DNA of 62,309 bases, filler included. It is 6 parts of 6 records of this genome, joined end to end, with 100 filler letters (N's around TTAATTAATTAA, not from the genome) between each part and the next. Parts side by side here need not be neighbours in the genome. Positions count along the whole stretch, not along the records: positions 15,700 to 42,560 come from SRR31156797_22371; positions 42,661 to 50,413 come from SRR31156797_22376; 4 more parts are not named here. One strand, written 5' to 3'. The translations under genes were made by a program, and so were the position numbers. Below the pieces are notes generated by a model. That model made no database searches and was not told the origin of the DNA. It saw nothing but the letters and a program-made list of their open reading frames with translations. Below, piece by piece: positions 39,298 through 50,413 of the stretch; position 1 is the stretch's first letter; every line of letters begins with the position of its first letter.

Positions 39298-41364
39298 TTA
39301 ATTTTTATTGATCAACTCTTCTGCAATGGAAGCTGGAACAGCCTCATAGTGGTCGAACTGCATGGTAAAAGTAGCACGGCCCTGAGTCTTGGAGCGGAGA
39401 TCGGTTGCGTAGCCGAACATTTCGCTCAGAGGAACGTCACACTTAACTACCTGTGCGTTAGCACGGGCTTCCATGGAGCCGACACGACCACGACGACCAT
39501 TAAGGTCACCCATGACGTCGCCGAGGTACTCTTCAGGAGTAACAACTTCAACAGCCATGATGGGCTCGAGCAGCTGGGGAGCAGCTTTCTTAACCGCATC
39601 TTTCAGTGCCATAGAACCGGCGATGTAGAATGCCTGCTCGGAGGAGTCAACATCGTGGTAGGAACCGAAAGTCAGGGTTGCCTTGATATCTACGAGCGGG
39701 AAGCCGGCGATAACACCATTCTTCATTGCATCGTGAATACCACGGTCAACTGCGGGGATGTATTCCTTGGGAATTACGCCGCCCTTAATTTCATCTTTGA
39801 ATTCGTATTCGCTTTCTTTGTTGGGCTCAATGGTAACAACAACGTGACCGTACTGACCGCGACCACCAGACTGCTTGGCGTATTTGAGATCAGACTCAAC
39901 TGCCTTAGTGATAGTTTCGCGGTAAGCAACACGGGGGGCACCGACGTTCGCGTTAACATTGAACTCGCGCAGGAGGCGGTCAACAATAACTTCGAGATGA
40001 AGTTCGCCCATACCGGAAATCAGAGTCTGACCAGTCTCCTCGTCACCTTTCACGCGGAAAGAGGGGTCTTCCTTGGCAAGCTTACCAAGACCCTGACTGA
40101 GAAGATCGCGGTCTGCCTTAGTCTTAGGCTCAATAGCGACTTCAATAACCGGCTCAGGAATGTCGAGTGATTCAAGAACCACAGCATTCTTCTGCTCGCA
40201 AAGGGTGTCACCGGTAGCCATGTTCTTAAGACCAACAGCTGCAACGATGTCACCAGCGTATGCTTCTTTGATTTCTTCACGCTTGTTAGCGTGCATCTTC
40301 AGCAGACGACCGATACGCTCTTTTTTACCAGTTGCGCCGTTAATAAAAGTAGCACCGGATTCAATTTTACCGGAGTACAGACGCAGGAAGGTAAGGTGAC
40401 CGACAAAGGGGTCAGTCATGAGCTTGAAGGACAGAGCTGCGAGAGGAAGATTGTCGTCACAAGGACACTCAATTTCCTTATCGGTATCGGGTTCGGCACC
40501 AACAATCGCTTTAATGTCCAGCGGAGAAGGAAGATAATCAACAACAGCGTCGAGCAGAGGCTGAACACCTTTATTCTTGAATGCGGTACCGCAAAGAACA
40601 GGGCAGATGGTCAGGTTAATGGTCGCTGTGCGGATACCTTTGATAATCTCTTCGGGAGTAAGTTCTTCACCGCCGAGGTACTTATCAAGGAGTTCTTCGT
40701 CTTCTTCTGCGATAGCTTCGATCAATTCGAGGCGCATGGCTTCGTACTGATCCATCATGTCAGCAGGAATATCTTCGATGGAGTAATCCTTGCCCATGAC
40801 GTCGGTGTAGATGAAAGCCTTACCAGTGATAAGGTCAACTGCACCCTGATATTCATCTTCAGCTCCGATGGGAATCTGAAGCGGTACAGCTTTAGCTCCA
40901 AGACGATCCTTGAGCATTTCAACACAACGGAAGAAATCTGCTCCGATACGGTCCATCTTGTTAACGAAAGCCATACGGGGAACTTCATATCTGTCAGCCT
41001 GACGCCATACGGTTTCAGACTGAGGCTCAACACCGGCTACTGCGTCGAAAACGGCTACAGCGCCGTCGAGTACGCGCAGTGCACGTTCAACTTCCATAGT
41101 GAAGTCAACGTGACCGGGGGTATCAATAATGTTGATACGGTGATCTTTCCACATACAGGTGGTAGCAGCACTGGTAATGGTAATGCCGCGTTCCTGTTCC
41201 TGGACCATCCAGTCCATGGTGGCTTCGCCATCATGAACTTCACCGATTTTGTGAGAAACACCAGTATAGAAAAGAATGCGCTCAGTAGTGGTAGTCTTAC
41301 CCGCATCAATGTGGGCCATGATACCAATGTTACGCTGTTTATCTCTAGCAACCTTTCTAGCCAC
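39298..41364 (-). CDS. fusA: elongation factor G
   Basis: [35 protein letters not shown]. Confidence 0.99.
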   Translation of the reverse strand: MARKVARDKQRNIGIMAHIDAGKTTTTERILFYTGVSHKIGEVHDGEATMDWMVQEQERGITITSAATTCMWKDHRINIIDTPGHVDFTMEVERALRVLDGAVAVFDAVAGVEPQSETVWRQADRYEVPRMAFVNKMDRIGADFFRCVEMLKDRLGAKAVPLQIPIGAEDEYQGAVDLITGKAFIYTDVMGKDYSIEDIPADMMDQYEAMRLELIEAIAEEDEELLDKYLGGEELTPEEIIKGIRTATINLTICPVLCGTAFKNKGVQPLLDAVVDYLPSPLDIKAIVGAEPDTDKEIECPCDDNLPLAALSFKLMTDPFVGHLTFLRLYSGKIESGATFINGATGKKERIGRLLKMHANKREEIKEAYAGDIVAAVGLKNMATGDTLCEQKNAVVLESLDIPEPVIEVAIEPKTKADRDLLSQGLGKLAKEDPSFRVKGDEETGQTLISGMGELHLEVIVDRLLREFNVNANVGAPRVAYRETITKAVESDLKYAKQSGGRGQYGHVVVTIEPNKESEYEFKDEIKGGVIPKEYIPAVDRGIHDAMKNGVIAGFPLVDIKATLTFGSYHDVDSSEQAFYIAGSMALKDAVKKAAPQLLEPIMAVEVVTPEEYLGDVMGDLNGRRGRVGSMEARANAQVVKCDVPLSEMFGYATDLRSKTQGRATFTMQFDHYEAVPASIAEELINKN

Positions 41365-41376
41365 TTTGTACTCCGA

Positions 41377-42245
<869 letters not shown>

Positions 42246-42292
42246 GAACCCTCCAAATTAAGTTTAATTTCAAAGACCGACGCAGTTAGACT

Positions 42293-42330
42293 AATATTTC
42301 ACAATTTGTCAAGACAAATTGTGAAATATT
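42293..42330. repeat. perfect 18-bp inverted repeat between rpoC and rpsL
   Basis: AATATTTCACAATTTGTC-AA-GACAAATTGTGAAATATT. Confidence 0.9.
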
Positions 42331-42400
42331 TCTCCGTTGTCACTTGAGTCAGGCTGCAACCACCTGCTCTCCAGACCGGGTCTGCGTACTGGCGCCAGCA

Positions 42401-42559
42401 CTATCTTTCGTTAACGAGCAGCGGTTCTTCTTCAAGTTCTTCGAGGAACTTATCTGCACGTTCAGGCTGATCGGGAACGATAATATCCGTACGTGCATAC
42501 TTACGGAAACCGGTACCGGCCGGAATGAGTCGACCAACAATGACGTTTTCTTTCAAGCC
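42401..42559 (-). CDS. rpoC: RNA polymerase beta' subunit, 3' end (absent from the ORF track)
   Basis: Manual translation [21 protein letters not shown]...PLLVNER, then stop. Confidence 0.95.
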   Translation of the reverse strand, partial: GLKENVIVGRLIPAGTGFRKYARTDIIVPDQPERADKFLEELEEEPLLVNER

Positions 42560-42560
42560 G

Positions 42561-42660
42561 NNNNNNNNNNNNNNNNNNNNNNNNNNNNNNNNNNNNNNNN
42601 NNNNTTAATTAATTAANNNNNNNNNNNNNNNNNNNNNNNNNNNNNNNNNNNNNNNNNNNN
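42561..42660. other. artificial contig linker
   Basis: 44 N + TTAATTAATTAA + 44 N. Confidence 0.99.
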
Positions 42661-42727
42661 TATGTGAAAACGAGAATCATGTTTACACTCTGCACGTGCC
42701 CTGTTTTTAATTTACTAGCCCCAATCA

Positions 42728-42753
42728 GGGGGAACACGGAGATTCACCTCTAC
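42728..42753 (-). repeat. degenerate GTAG-family REP-like element
   Basis: Minus strand GTAGAGGTGAATCTCCGTGTTCCCCC: GTAG foot followed by an imperfect hairpin. Confidence 0.4.
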
Positions 42754-42759
42754 AAAATC

Positions 42760-42790
42760 AAAAGAAGCTGACATCGTCTCAGCTTCTTTT
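42760..42790. terminator. terminator downstream of the LysR gene
   Basis: AAAAGAAGCTGA / TCAGCTTCTTTT stem. Confidence 0.8.
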
Positions 42791-42812
42791 TGTATAAAAT
42801 TCATAAAAATTT

Positions 42813-43697
42813 CTACTTCTCTATCAATTCCAAATAATCGATATCCTTAACTAACTCTACAAATTTTTTACCAATATTCGACTCCAAAAATTCGTCATAA
42901 TAAAACATTTGAGTACGTCTTTTAATAGCTTCACCTGATTTTGTTTTCAGTTCAATTTTATAGAAATCATCGTCACTATTTAAAACAAATTTTGAAATTA
43001 TCGAATAACCTAATCCCTCTTTTACCATTCTCTTGCAGGTATCTGATCTATCTACAGTCATGATGTTCTCTGAATTTTCATCAAAATTTTCACGCCACCA
43101 GTTATCAATTAATGCCCGTAACTTTTCTTCGCAGCTATACTCTATTCTATGTTTAAACGGCAGTTCCTCTAGCTTTATCTCTTCCGAATTGATCACATAA
43201 AGGGATTCATCAAATAAAAGTTCTGATTTATTTGCCCATTTATAGCCTCCACGTACAAATCCAACCTGAATTTTCTTTTCGCAAAGAAGCTTAAATATTT
43301 CATGACTCCAACCGGTTACAACATCAAATTTTACATCCGGAAACTCTTTTTGATATTCAGCCAGAATAGTAGGCAAAACTTTTCGTGCAAAAGTATTGGA
43401 AACTCCTATCTTAATTGTTCCTCTATCACTGTAATTCATGAAAGTAAGAGTTCTCTTTGCTTCATAATATCTATCCAGCATCTCATGAGAATACTTAACT
43501 AAATAATCTCCCTCAGGAGTAAATATAACACCTTTATGTCCTCTATCAACAATCTGAACTTCAAACTCTTTTTCTATCATTTTTAATCTTTTCGTTACAG
43601 CAGGTTGAGAAATATATAGTTTTGCTGCTGCTTTAGTTATGTTTTTCTCTTCATATAGAGTTGTCAATAACTCCCAATCACTTACGGTCATAATCAA
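42813..43697 (-). CDS. LysR-family regulator, CcpC/CcpE-like (citrate-responsive type)
   Basis: YISQPAVTKRLK HTH; TGWS, GFVRG, NWW, VDRSDTCKRM resemble Bacillus CcpC and Staphylococcus CcpE as I recall them. Confidence 0.75.
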   Translation of the reverse strand: MIMTVSDWELLTTLYEEKNITKAAAKLYISQPAVTKRLKMIEKEFEVQIVDRGHKGVIFTPEGDYLVKYSHEMLDRYYEAKRTLTFMNYSDRGTIKIGVSNTFARKVLPTILAEYQKEFPDVKFDVVTGWSHEIFKLLCEKKIQVGFVRGGYKWANKSELLFDESLYVINSEEIKLEELPFKHRIEYSCEEKLRALIDNWWRENFDENSENIMTVDRSDTCKRMVKEGLGYSIISKFVLNSDDDFYKIELKTKSGEAIKRRTQMFYYDEFLESNIGKKFVELVKDIDYLELIEK

Positions 43698-43889
43698 ACC
43701 TCCGCTTCTTTTTTTACTCTCAAAATATAAAACCTTGCCTATGCGGCAAACTGCACAAACCTTACGTTTGAACGAATAAAAATATCATTAGTCAATAAAA
43801 CTTAAAACCTAATTTAATCATCGGTATTTATTATTTAGGTGTGGCTGCGAAAGCCACGCTCTCAAAACAATTATACTATATAAAAAATG

Positions 43890-44582
43890 CTAAGCCAAAA
43901 GTTTAACTATAAACGGAGCTACAAGAATAGTGATTATTCCCGCTATTCCTATTGATAATCCACTCATAGCACCTACTACATCACTCATTTCCATGGCTTT
44001 TGATGTTCCTATCGCATGACTTGATGTTCCTATTGCCACTCCCTTTGAAATATCATTTTTAATTTTAAAAACTTTACATATAAATGGAGCTGTAATATTT
44101 CCTACTATTCCTGTTAGTAGAATGGAACCAATAGTTATTGATGGAATTCCACCGAGACTTTTACTCAGCTCTATTCCTATTGGTGTAGTGATTGATTTAG
44201 GCACAAATGATAGAAGTAATTTCATATCTAAATTTAATAGTTTTGAAATTAAAATTACTGATATTATACAAGTTATACTTCCTACTATTATTCCTATTAT
44301 TATTGGCAGAAAATGTTGCTTAAGAAGTTCACTTTGCTTATAAATAGGTATCGCTAAAGCAACTGTTGCAGGTCCTAAGAAGAATAGTATGAAGCTTCCG
44401 CCTTTATTATATGTTTCCAGAGAAATATCAAAAATCATTAATGAGGATATTATGATTATTATAGCTATAAGTATAGGATTAAATAGTGGAAATTTAGTTT
44501 TATTAAGTGCGAGTTTTCCAAATTCAAATGCCAATATTGTTAGTACTATTCCAAATAATGGAGTATTTACAAATTCTCTCAT
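43890..44582 (-). CDS. LrgB/CidB family membrane protein
   Basis: FFLGPATVALAIP, PKSITTPIG, GTSSHAIGT. Confidence 0.93.
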   Translation of the reverse strand: MREFVNTPLFGIVLTILAFEFGKLALNKTKFPLFNPILIAIIIIISSLMIFDISLETYNKGGSFILFFLGPATVALAIPIYKQSELLKQHFLPIIIGIIVGSITCIISVILISKLLNLDMKLLLSFVPKSITTPIGIELSKSLGGIPSITIGSILLTGIVGNITAPFICKVFKIKNDISKGVAIGTSSHAIGTSKAMEMSDVVGAMSGLSIGIAGIITILVAPFIVKLLA

Positions 44583-44959
44583 AGCTCTCCCTCGCTAACG
44601 CTACTTTTTTGCTTTTTTTTCTGATTAAACTCTATAATAAAATCTATAGTTTTACCTGTAACAACCATAGTTATTATAGTTGTTGAAACTAATAATATAA
44701 CAATTTTTAGAGCACTGGCTCTTAAAAACCCTATAGAGTTAATTAGTTTTACTCCGGGTGGAATAAAAAAAAGAGCCATATTTTTTATTAATGCATTTCC
44801 TGCTTTTTCTACTTGGTGAAGTTTTAATACTTTAGAATAAAGCAATAAAAACATAACTATGATACCTATCACTGTCCCGGGTAAAGTGAGATTAAAGCTG
44901 TTTGAAATAATATTTCCTATATACAAAATTATTAATACATACACTGATTGTGTTATCAT
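44579..44959 (-). CDS. CidA/LrgA family membrane protein
   Basis: LPGTVIG, NMALFFIPPGV; overlaps the LrgB start. Confidence 0.9.
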   Translation of the reverse strand: MITQSVYVLIILYIGNIISNSFNLTLPGTVIGIIVMFLLLYSKVLKLHQVEKAGNALIKNMALFFIPPGVKLINSIGFLRASALKIVILLVSTTIITMVVTGKTIDFIIEFNQKKKQKSSVSEGEL

Positions 44960-45028
44960 TTTTTTCCTTTCTATATAAATTTTATGCAGGGAGTAGAGTT
45001 CTCCTCCTCAATATAAACATATCAGATT

Positions 45029-45051
45029 GGGCAGGAAGACCCTGCCCATAC
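45029..45051 (-). repeat. REP-like hairpin
   Basis: Minus strand GTAT-GGGCAGG-GTCTT-CCTGCCC; a possible degenerate inverted partner lies at 44986-45009. Confidence 0.45.
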
Positions 45052-45057
45052 AAGATC

Positions 45058-45657
45058 TTATTCTATTAATGTTCCTTGTTTTCCTAATAATCCAAATGCG
45101 ATTTGCGCACTGTCTTCTAACTCCTCCAGACAGTAGAATGCTTCCATCAGACTTTTCGTTCCAAGTATCGGTCCATGATTTTTTAACAGATATCCTCTGT
45201 TTTTATTTACACTATCTCTGAAATGATCAAAGAGCTCAGTAGTTCCCGGTTTTCCATATGGAACCAATGATATATCTCCTAATTTCATTTTTAGATACGG
45301 TGTATATCTTGGTATTACACTTTGTGTGTTTTCATGCTCCAAGCACGACCAGACTGTAGAGTAATAACTGTGAGTATGAAGTACTGCTTTCACACTATCA
45401 TGTTTATCATATAAAGTTTTGTGTAGTTGAAACTCTTTACTTGGTCTCGCTCCAGAAATATATGTCCCATCCATTTCCAGACATGCAAAGTCATCAGGAC
45501 CTAATCTGCCAAAACATGTTCCCGTTCCTGTAATATATACTTTATCTTCATGTATGAAACTCATGTTTGCCGAAGAACCTGTTGCCCTTTCTCTATTGAA
45601 TAACGATTTTGCAATCCAGATTGCATCTTCGAATTTTTTACTTAGTTGATTATTCAT
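45058..45657 (-). CDS. class II aldolase/adducin family protein, OtnC(YgbL)-like decarboxylase
   Basis: ATGSSANMS, PSKE..LH..LY, HTHS, TPY..MKLG, NHGP, EELED; start set at MNNQ after AAGGAG. Confidence 0.82.
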   Translation of the reverse strand: MNNQLSKKFEDAIWIAKSLFNRERATGSSANMSFIHEDKVYITGTGTCFGRLGPDDFACLEMDGTYISGARPSKEFQLHKTLYDKHDSVKAVLHTHSYYSTVWSCLEHENTQSVIPRYTPYLKMKLGDISLVPYGKPGTTELFDHFRDSVNKNRGYLLKNHGPILGTKSLMEAFYCLEELEDSAQIAFGLLGKQGTLIE

Positions 45658-45679
45658 GTTTGCTCTACTCCTTAGTCCT

Positions 45680-45709
45680 AAATAAAAGACCCCCAAAAAA
45701 GGAGGTCTT
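45680..45709 (-). terminator. intrinsic terminator-like hairpin just upstream of the aldolase RBS
   Basis: Minus strand GACCTCC-TTTTTT-GGGGGTC followed by TTTTATTT. Confidence 0.55.
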
Positions 45710-45797
45710 AAATGAGTGTTAAAAAATGGAAATGTGGTATCTTTTTATATTAGCTTAATTATATAAAGCTCTTTGTCTGTTAATAATTTATCTGTCG

Positions 45798-47147
45798 TTA
45801 TGCGAATATACTAAAGAATATACTTGCGAGAACTAATACTATTCCTCCACCAATTCTTGATGAAATAGCTGCGTATGACATAAGTTCCATTCTATGCCCA
45901 GAACCAAGTACTTGTAAATCCCCTGATCCTCCTCTGTTTGCCATACAAAGTCCAGCTGACATAGCTGCTTCTACCGGGTAGAATCCAACCATATGCCCAA
46001 CTATTGCTGTACCAAGAGTAGCTCCAGTAATAACTAATGCACAGATAACTAATGTAGGAACATTAAGTACTGCTACGAAACTTCCAAGATCAGTAAATGC
46101 GATTCCGATTCCTGCCATTGTAAGCCACATAAGAGGTTTAGTAAGGAATGTAGATAACTCTTTAGCTCCAACTTTGAATCTCTGAGGAATAACATTAGAA
46201 ACATTTAATATTGAAGTAATTACAACCATATATGCATAGTAATGAAGTCTAACTTGACCAATACTAGGTAATATTTTCTTACCGAATGCATATGAAACTA
46301 TGTAGATAGCACCAGTTAATAATAATCCAGTTGCCATATCTTTATGAGTTGGTTTAAGAGCATCAGCTTTTTTCTCTGCTTTATCTCCTTTTAATACTTC
46401 TGCATCTGCTGTATCTCTTAATAACTCTCCATTACCTGTCCATTCTTTTTTAGATAACCCGATTTTGTGCAATACTACTGCCATGATTATTGCAAAGTTA
46501 TTTGCAACGTTAAGTATTGCAAATGCTCTCGAATAGAAATCTTCTTTACTTCCACCAGTAATTTGCTCATACATCTCTGCTAATGGAACTGCACCAGCAC
46601 CATTTCCTCCACCCATGATAGGTAAGATGTAGAATGAAACTACTTCTTTAATAGGCATTCCAAATAATAATCCACCAATAATTCCGAAAACGGCAGCACA
46701 AGCGATTCCACCTAATATTGCAGGTATGTATCCAACAAATGCTTTTAATAACTGCTTTCTATCAACTGATAATACTGATGATACAATTAGTAGTGAAATA
46801 AATAGTACTTGATATCCATAATCGTCATATAAGAACGTAGCTGCTTCACTATATTGCTCAGGTAAAATTTTAAAATATACTAATGCAGATGCTCCAAGGA
46901 AGGCTAGTACTGCTCCTCCTCCAGCATATTCATTCCAAATAGGGATTCTTTCACCTATTTCACCAAATGTGAACCCTACTGCAAATAAAATTATAACTGT
47001 TCCAAAAAGATTTGTTGGAACCCATTCAAGATAAACTGCACCATAAACAATACCAATAAGAATAATTGCAAAGTATAAAGGCATTCCAAATACTTGATAA
47101 TGCAAAATCGACTTCTTTTCTTGTTCAATTGCCATTTCTTTTTCCAT
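45798..47147 (-). CDS. 2-hydroxycarboxylate (citrate/malate) transporter, 2-HCT/CitS family
   Basis: PIMGGGNGAGAVPL and CMANRGGSGD..VL...RMELMSYA.ISSRIGG re-entrant loop motifs. Confidence 0.93.
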   Translation of the reverse strand: MEKEMAIEQEKKSILHYQVFGMPLYFAIILIGIVYGAVYLEWVPTNLFGTVIILFAVGFTFGEIGERIPIWNEYAGGGAVLAFLGASALVYFKILPEQYSEAATFLYDDYGYQVLFISLLIVSSVLSVDRKQLLKAFVGYIPAILGGIACAAVFGIIGGLLFGMPIKEVVSFYILPIMGGGNGAGAVPLAEMYEQITGGSKEDFYSRAFAILNVANNFAIIMAVVLHKIGLSKKEWTGNGELLRDTADAEVLKGDKAEKKADALKPTHKDMATGLLLTGAIYIVSYAFGKKILPSIGQVRLHYYAYMVVITSILNVSNVIPQRFKVGAKELSTFLTKPLMWLTMAGIGIAFTDLGSFVAVLNVPTLVICALVITGATLGTAIVGHMVGFYPVEAAMSAGLCMANRGGSGDLQVLGSGHRMELMSYAAISSRIGGGIVLVLASIFFSIFA

Positions 47148-47338
47148 CTAAATATCCTCCTTATTATAGCGGACCATCCCCATTATAATTATATATCATA
47201 ACATATTCAAGTCCTTATATTATTGCACCCTTTTGGAACGAACTAAAAAGAGTTGATAATCCAAACTCCTTTCAGTCGTTCAGAAAGAGAGGTCTAACAG
47301 TGTAAAAACTCATTCACCCAATTTTATATATTTTATAA

Positions 47339-48292
47339 TTATAATTTGACTACGTTAACTGGGCTTCCAGCTAAGAATTGCTTAACGTTATCAAATGTAA
47401 TATCTGCTCTTGTTTCCATTGACTCATCTGATGCAAATGCAACATGAGGAGTAAGAATTGTATTTTTAGCAGATAAAATAGGGTAGTCAGCTGGGATTGG
47501 TGGTTCCATATCAAATACATCTAAGCCTGCTCCTGCTATTTTTCCAGAGTTTAATAATTCAGCTAATGCATCATTATCCATAACTCCACCTCTTGCACAA
47601 TTAATCATAAGCGCTGTTTCTTTCATAAGTTCTAATTTTTCTCTTGAAATAAATCCTTTTGTTAATTCATTTACCGGAAGGTGAAGTGTTACGATATCAG
47701 ATTTTGCCATTAATTCATCTATACTAACATACTCAAGACCTAAATCTTTTGCAGCTTGATTTTCATATGGATCATAACCAATTAATTTACATCCGAATGC
47801 TTTAAATAAAACCGCAGTCATTGTTCCGATTCTTCCTGTTCCTACAAATCCAACAGTTTTACCTTTTATTTCATTTCCAATAAGTCCTGCAATTGTTCCA
47901 CCGTCTCTTACCACATCATTACATGTAGAGATATTTCTCATAAGGTCAAGTGTTAAACCTATTACAAGTTCCGCTACTGCATTGTTAGCGTATCCTGCCG
48001 CATTACATACTGTAATTCCTCTTTCTTTTGCTACACTTCCTACATGGTCGAAACCAGTGAATGCAACTGAGATCATTTTTAAGTTTTCTGCTGATTCAAT
48101 AACTTCATTTGGTAAAGGATTGTTAGCAATCATTAAGATATCTGCATCTTTTGATCTTGCTTTTAATTCCTCAACATCTGTTGTTTTTGTATCGTAATAT
48201 ACAAATTCATGTCCTGCCTCTACTAGAGATTTTGCTAAAGCATCGATAATATCTTTTCCTACTACTAATGGTTCTAATAATTTGATTTTCAT
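47339..48292 (-). CDS. D-isomer-specific 2-hydroxyacid dehydrogenase
   Basis: AVAEL, GTGRIG, INCARG, GLDVFDMEP, TPHVA. Confidence 0.92.
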   Translation of the reverse strand: MKIKLLEPLVVGKDIIDALAKSLVEAGHEFVYYDTKTTDVEELKARSKDADILMIANNPLPNEVIESAENLKMISVAFTGFDHVGSVAKERGITVCNAAGYANNAVAELVIGLTLDLMRNISTCNDVVRDGGTIAGLIGNEIKGKTVGFVGTGRIGTMTAVLFKAFGCKLIGYDPYENQAAKDLGLEYVSIDELMAKSDIVTLHLPVNELTKGFISREKLELMKETALMINCARGGVMDNDALAELLNSGKIAGAGLDVFDMEPPIPADYPILSAKNTILTPHVAFASDESMETRADITFDNVKQFLAGSPVNVVKL

Positions 48293-48393
48293 TAAATATT
48301 TCCTCCTGTTTAAAATTAAGTTTATTTTACAAATCTCTTTTTCTTTTGTTTTGAGAGTTTTGGGATAAAAAAAAGATCTGATATATTTATTAT

Positions 48394-50334
48394 TTACTTT
48401 TTACTATTTTTATTTTTTACATAGTTAAGTTTTCCACCACTACAGATGATCTCAACTTCTCTATCTGTTACGTCCATCTCAACTTCAAAAGTGAAGTCTT
48501 TAGTCACGTTTTGAACAGTGATTGTTTTAGTTTTTAATTGATTAATTAAGTTTTCAATTCTTAATATATCTTCTCTGTCTATCTTTGCATGATCTTCTTT
48601 GTTCTTAAATGTTAATGGTAGAACTCCGAAGTTAATTAAATTTGCTTTATGAATTCTGGCAATTGATTTAGCTATTAAGGCTTTTACTCCCAGATACATT
48701 GGTGCAACTGCTGCATGTTCTCTGGATGAACCTTGACCGTAGTTTTCTCCACCAATGATAATACTAGATTTCATCTCTTTTGCTCTATACACAAATTCAG
48801 GATCTCTTCCTAAGAAAGTAATCTTAGATATCTCTGGTACATTTGATCTAAGTGCAGAGAATGTAGAACTTGCTGGGATAATATCATCAGTTGTGATGTT
48901 ATCATCAAATTTACCAACTACAGGTACTTCCAATGTTTCTGTTAGGGCTTCAGCGATTGGTAGAGCTTTTATATTTGGTCCTCTATAAATTTCCGTTGCT
49001 GATCCATCTTCAGGTGGGTGAATAAACATCGTATCATCTATCCAGTACTCTTTTGGTTCTTGGATTCTGTCTTGATCAGCTACAGTCATTACATCTCTAG
49101 CATCAGTGATAACTCCAGTAATAGCTGTTGCTGCTGCTGTTTCAGGACTTACTAAGTATAGTTGAGCATCCATTGTTCCACTTCTACCTTTGAAATTTCT
49201 GTTAGATGTTCTAACTGATACACCTTTAGTATTTGGCGCCTGCCCGATACCTGTACAAGCACCACAGCTACACTCAAGGATTCTAGCTCCGGAAGTAACA
49301 AGTTCTTGGATATAACCGTCTCTCATTAACTCTTGGAATGTTTGTCTGGTTCCAGCACTAACTGATAAACTTACACTTGGGTGTACTTTTTTTCCTTTTA
49401 ATACTTGTGCAGCTTTAGCTATATCAGCATATGAACCATTTGTACAACTTCCAATAAACACTTGATTTACAGCTAGCTTTTCTACTTCTGCAACTGATTC
49501 TACATTGTCAGGCATACTTGGTTTTGCTACGAGCGGTGCTAATTTATCTAGTTCAATAGTTATTGTTTCTGTATATACTGCATCTTCATCAGCAAGTATT
49601 TCAGTGAAGTCTCCTTCTCTGTTTTGAAGTTTTAAGAACTCTCTAGTAACTTCATCACTTGGGAATACTGATGATGTAGCTCCTACTTCAGCGCCCATAT
49701 TAGTGATAGTTGTTCTCTCAGGAATTGAGAGAGTTTTTACACCTTCACCAGTGTACTCCATTACTTTACCAAGTCCACCTTTTACTCCTATTCTTCTTAG
49801 TAGTTCTAATATAATATCTTTAGCCGCTACTCCGTATCTTAGTTTTCCAGTTAGTTCAACTTTTACTATTTCAGGCATTTTCAAGTAATAAGGCTCTCCC
49901 GCCATTGCCATACATACATCTAATGCTCCTGCACCGATGCTTAACATTCCAAGTCCGCCTGCAGTAGTTGTATGTGAATCAGAACCTATAATTGTTTTTC
50001 CTGGTTTACCAAATCTCTGGTAGTGAAGTGAATGACATATTCCATTCCCTGCTCTTGATAAAACTACTCCGAATTTTTCAGCTGTTGATTTAAGAAATAA
50101 ATGATCATCCATATTTTTGAAATCTGCTTGTAATAAGTTATGATCTACATAACTCAGTGATAATTCAGCTTTTGTTTTAGGTATCTCAAGTGTTTCAAAT
50201 GCTAAGTAACCAAGAGTGCCGGTTACATCATGTGTTAGTGTATGATCGAATTTTATTGCAATGTTTGAGTTTGCAATCATCTCTCCATCTAATAGATGGT
50301 CTTTAAATATCTTTTCCGCTACTCCTAAACCCAT
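48394..50334 (-). CDS. aconitase-family hydratase (~650-aa single-chain type)
   Basis: HDVTG, YVDHN, GICH, GSDSHT, IGSCTN, CGACTG (three Fe-S Cys), NRNFKGR, TTDDI, YGQGSSREHA; start is ATG 50334 or TTG 50352. Confidence 0.9.
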   Translation of the reverse strand: MGLGVAEKIFKDHLLDGEMIANSNIAIKFDHTLTHDVTGTLGYLAFETLEIPKTKAELSLSYVDHNLLQADFKNMDDHLFLKSTAEKFGVVLSRAGNGICHSLHYQRFGKPGKTIIGSDSHTTTAGGLGMLSIGAGALDVCMAMAGEPYYLKMPEIVKVELTGKLRYGVAAKDIILELLRRIGVKGGLGKVMEYTGEGVKTLSIPERTTITNMGAEVGATSSVFPSDEVTREFLKLQNREGDFTEILADEDAVYTETITIELDKLAPLVAKPSMPDNVESVAEVEKLAVNQVFIGSCTNGSYADIAKAAQVLKGKKVHPSVSLSVSAGTRQTFQELMRDGYIQELVTSGARILECSCGACTGIGQAPNTKGVSVRTSNRNFKGRSGTMDAQLYLVSPETAAATAITGVITDARDVMTVADQDRIQEPKEYWIDDTMFIHPPEDGSATEIYRGPNIKALPIAEALTETLEVPVVGKFDDNITTDDIIPASSTFSALRSNVPEISKITFLGRDPEFVYRAKEMKSSIIIGGENYGQGSSREHAAVAPMYLGVKALIAKSIARIHKANLINFGVLPLTFKNKEDHAKIDREDILRIENLINQLKTKTITVQNVTKDFTFEVEMDVTDREVEIICSGGKLNYVKNKNSKK

Positions 50335-50384
50335 TCTTTCTTCAGTCTCCAATCTTTTATATGTTTTAGCTCTCTCTAAATTCG

Positions 50385-50413
50385 AAATCCCCTAAATCCC
50401 CTTTGATAAAGGG
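50385..50413 (+). repeat. palindromic repeat truncated at the block end
   Basis: AAATCCCCTAAATCCCCTTTGATAAAGGG (CCCTTT-GAT-AAAGGG hairpin) where the assembly stops. Confidence 0.45.

Noticed and set aside
42331..42400. GC-rich ~70-nt stretch after rpoC as a possible tRNA or sRNA
   Set aside because: Only short palindromes; no cloverleaf, T-loop or CCA end
43730..43865. Small hairpins upstream of the CcpC-like gene as a possible riboswitch
   Set aside because: Stems are only 5-6 bp and I recognise no aptamer consensus
47230..47290. Long imperfect inverted repeat between the dehydrogenase and transporter genes
   Set aside because: Many mismatches; most simply an mRNA stability or termination hairpin
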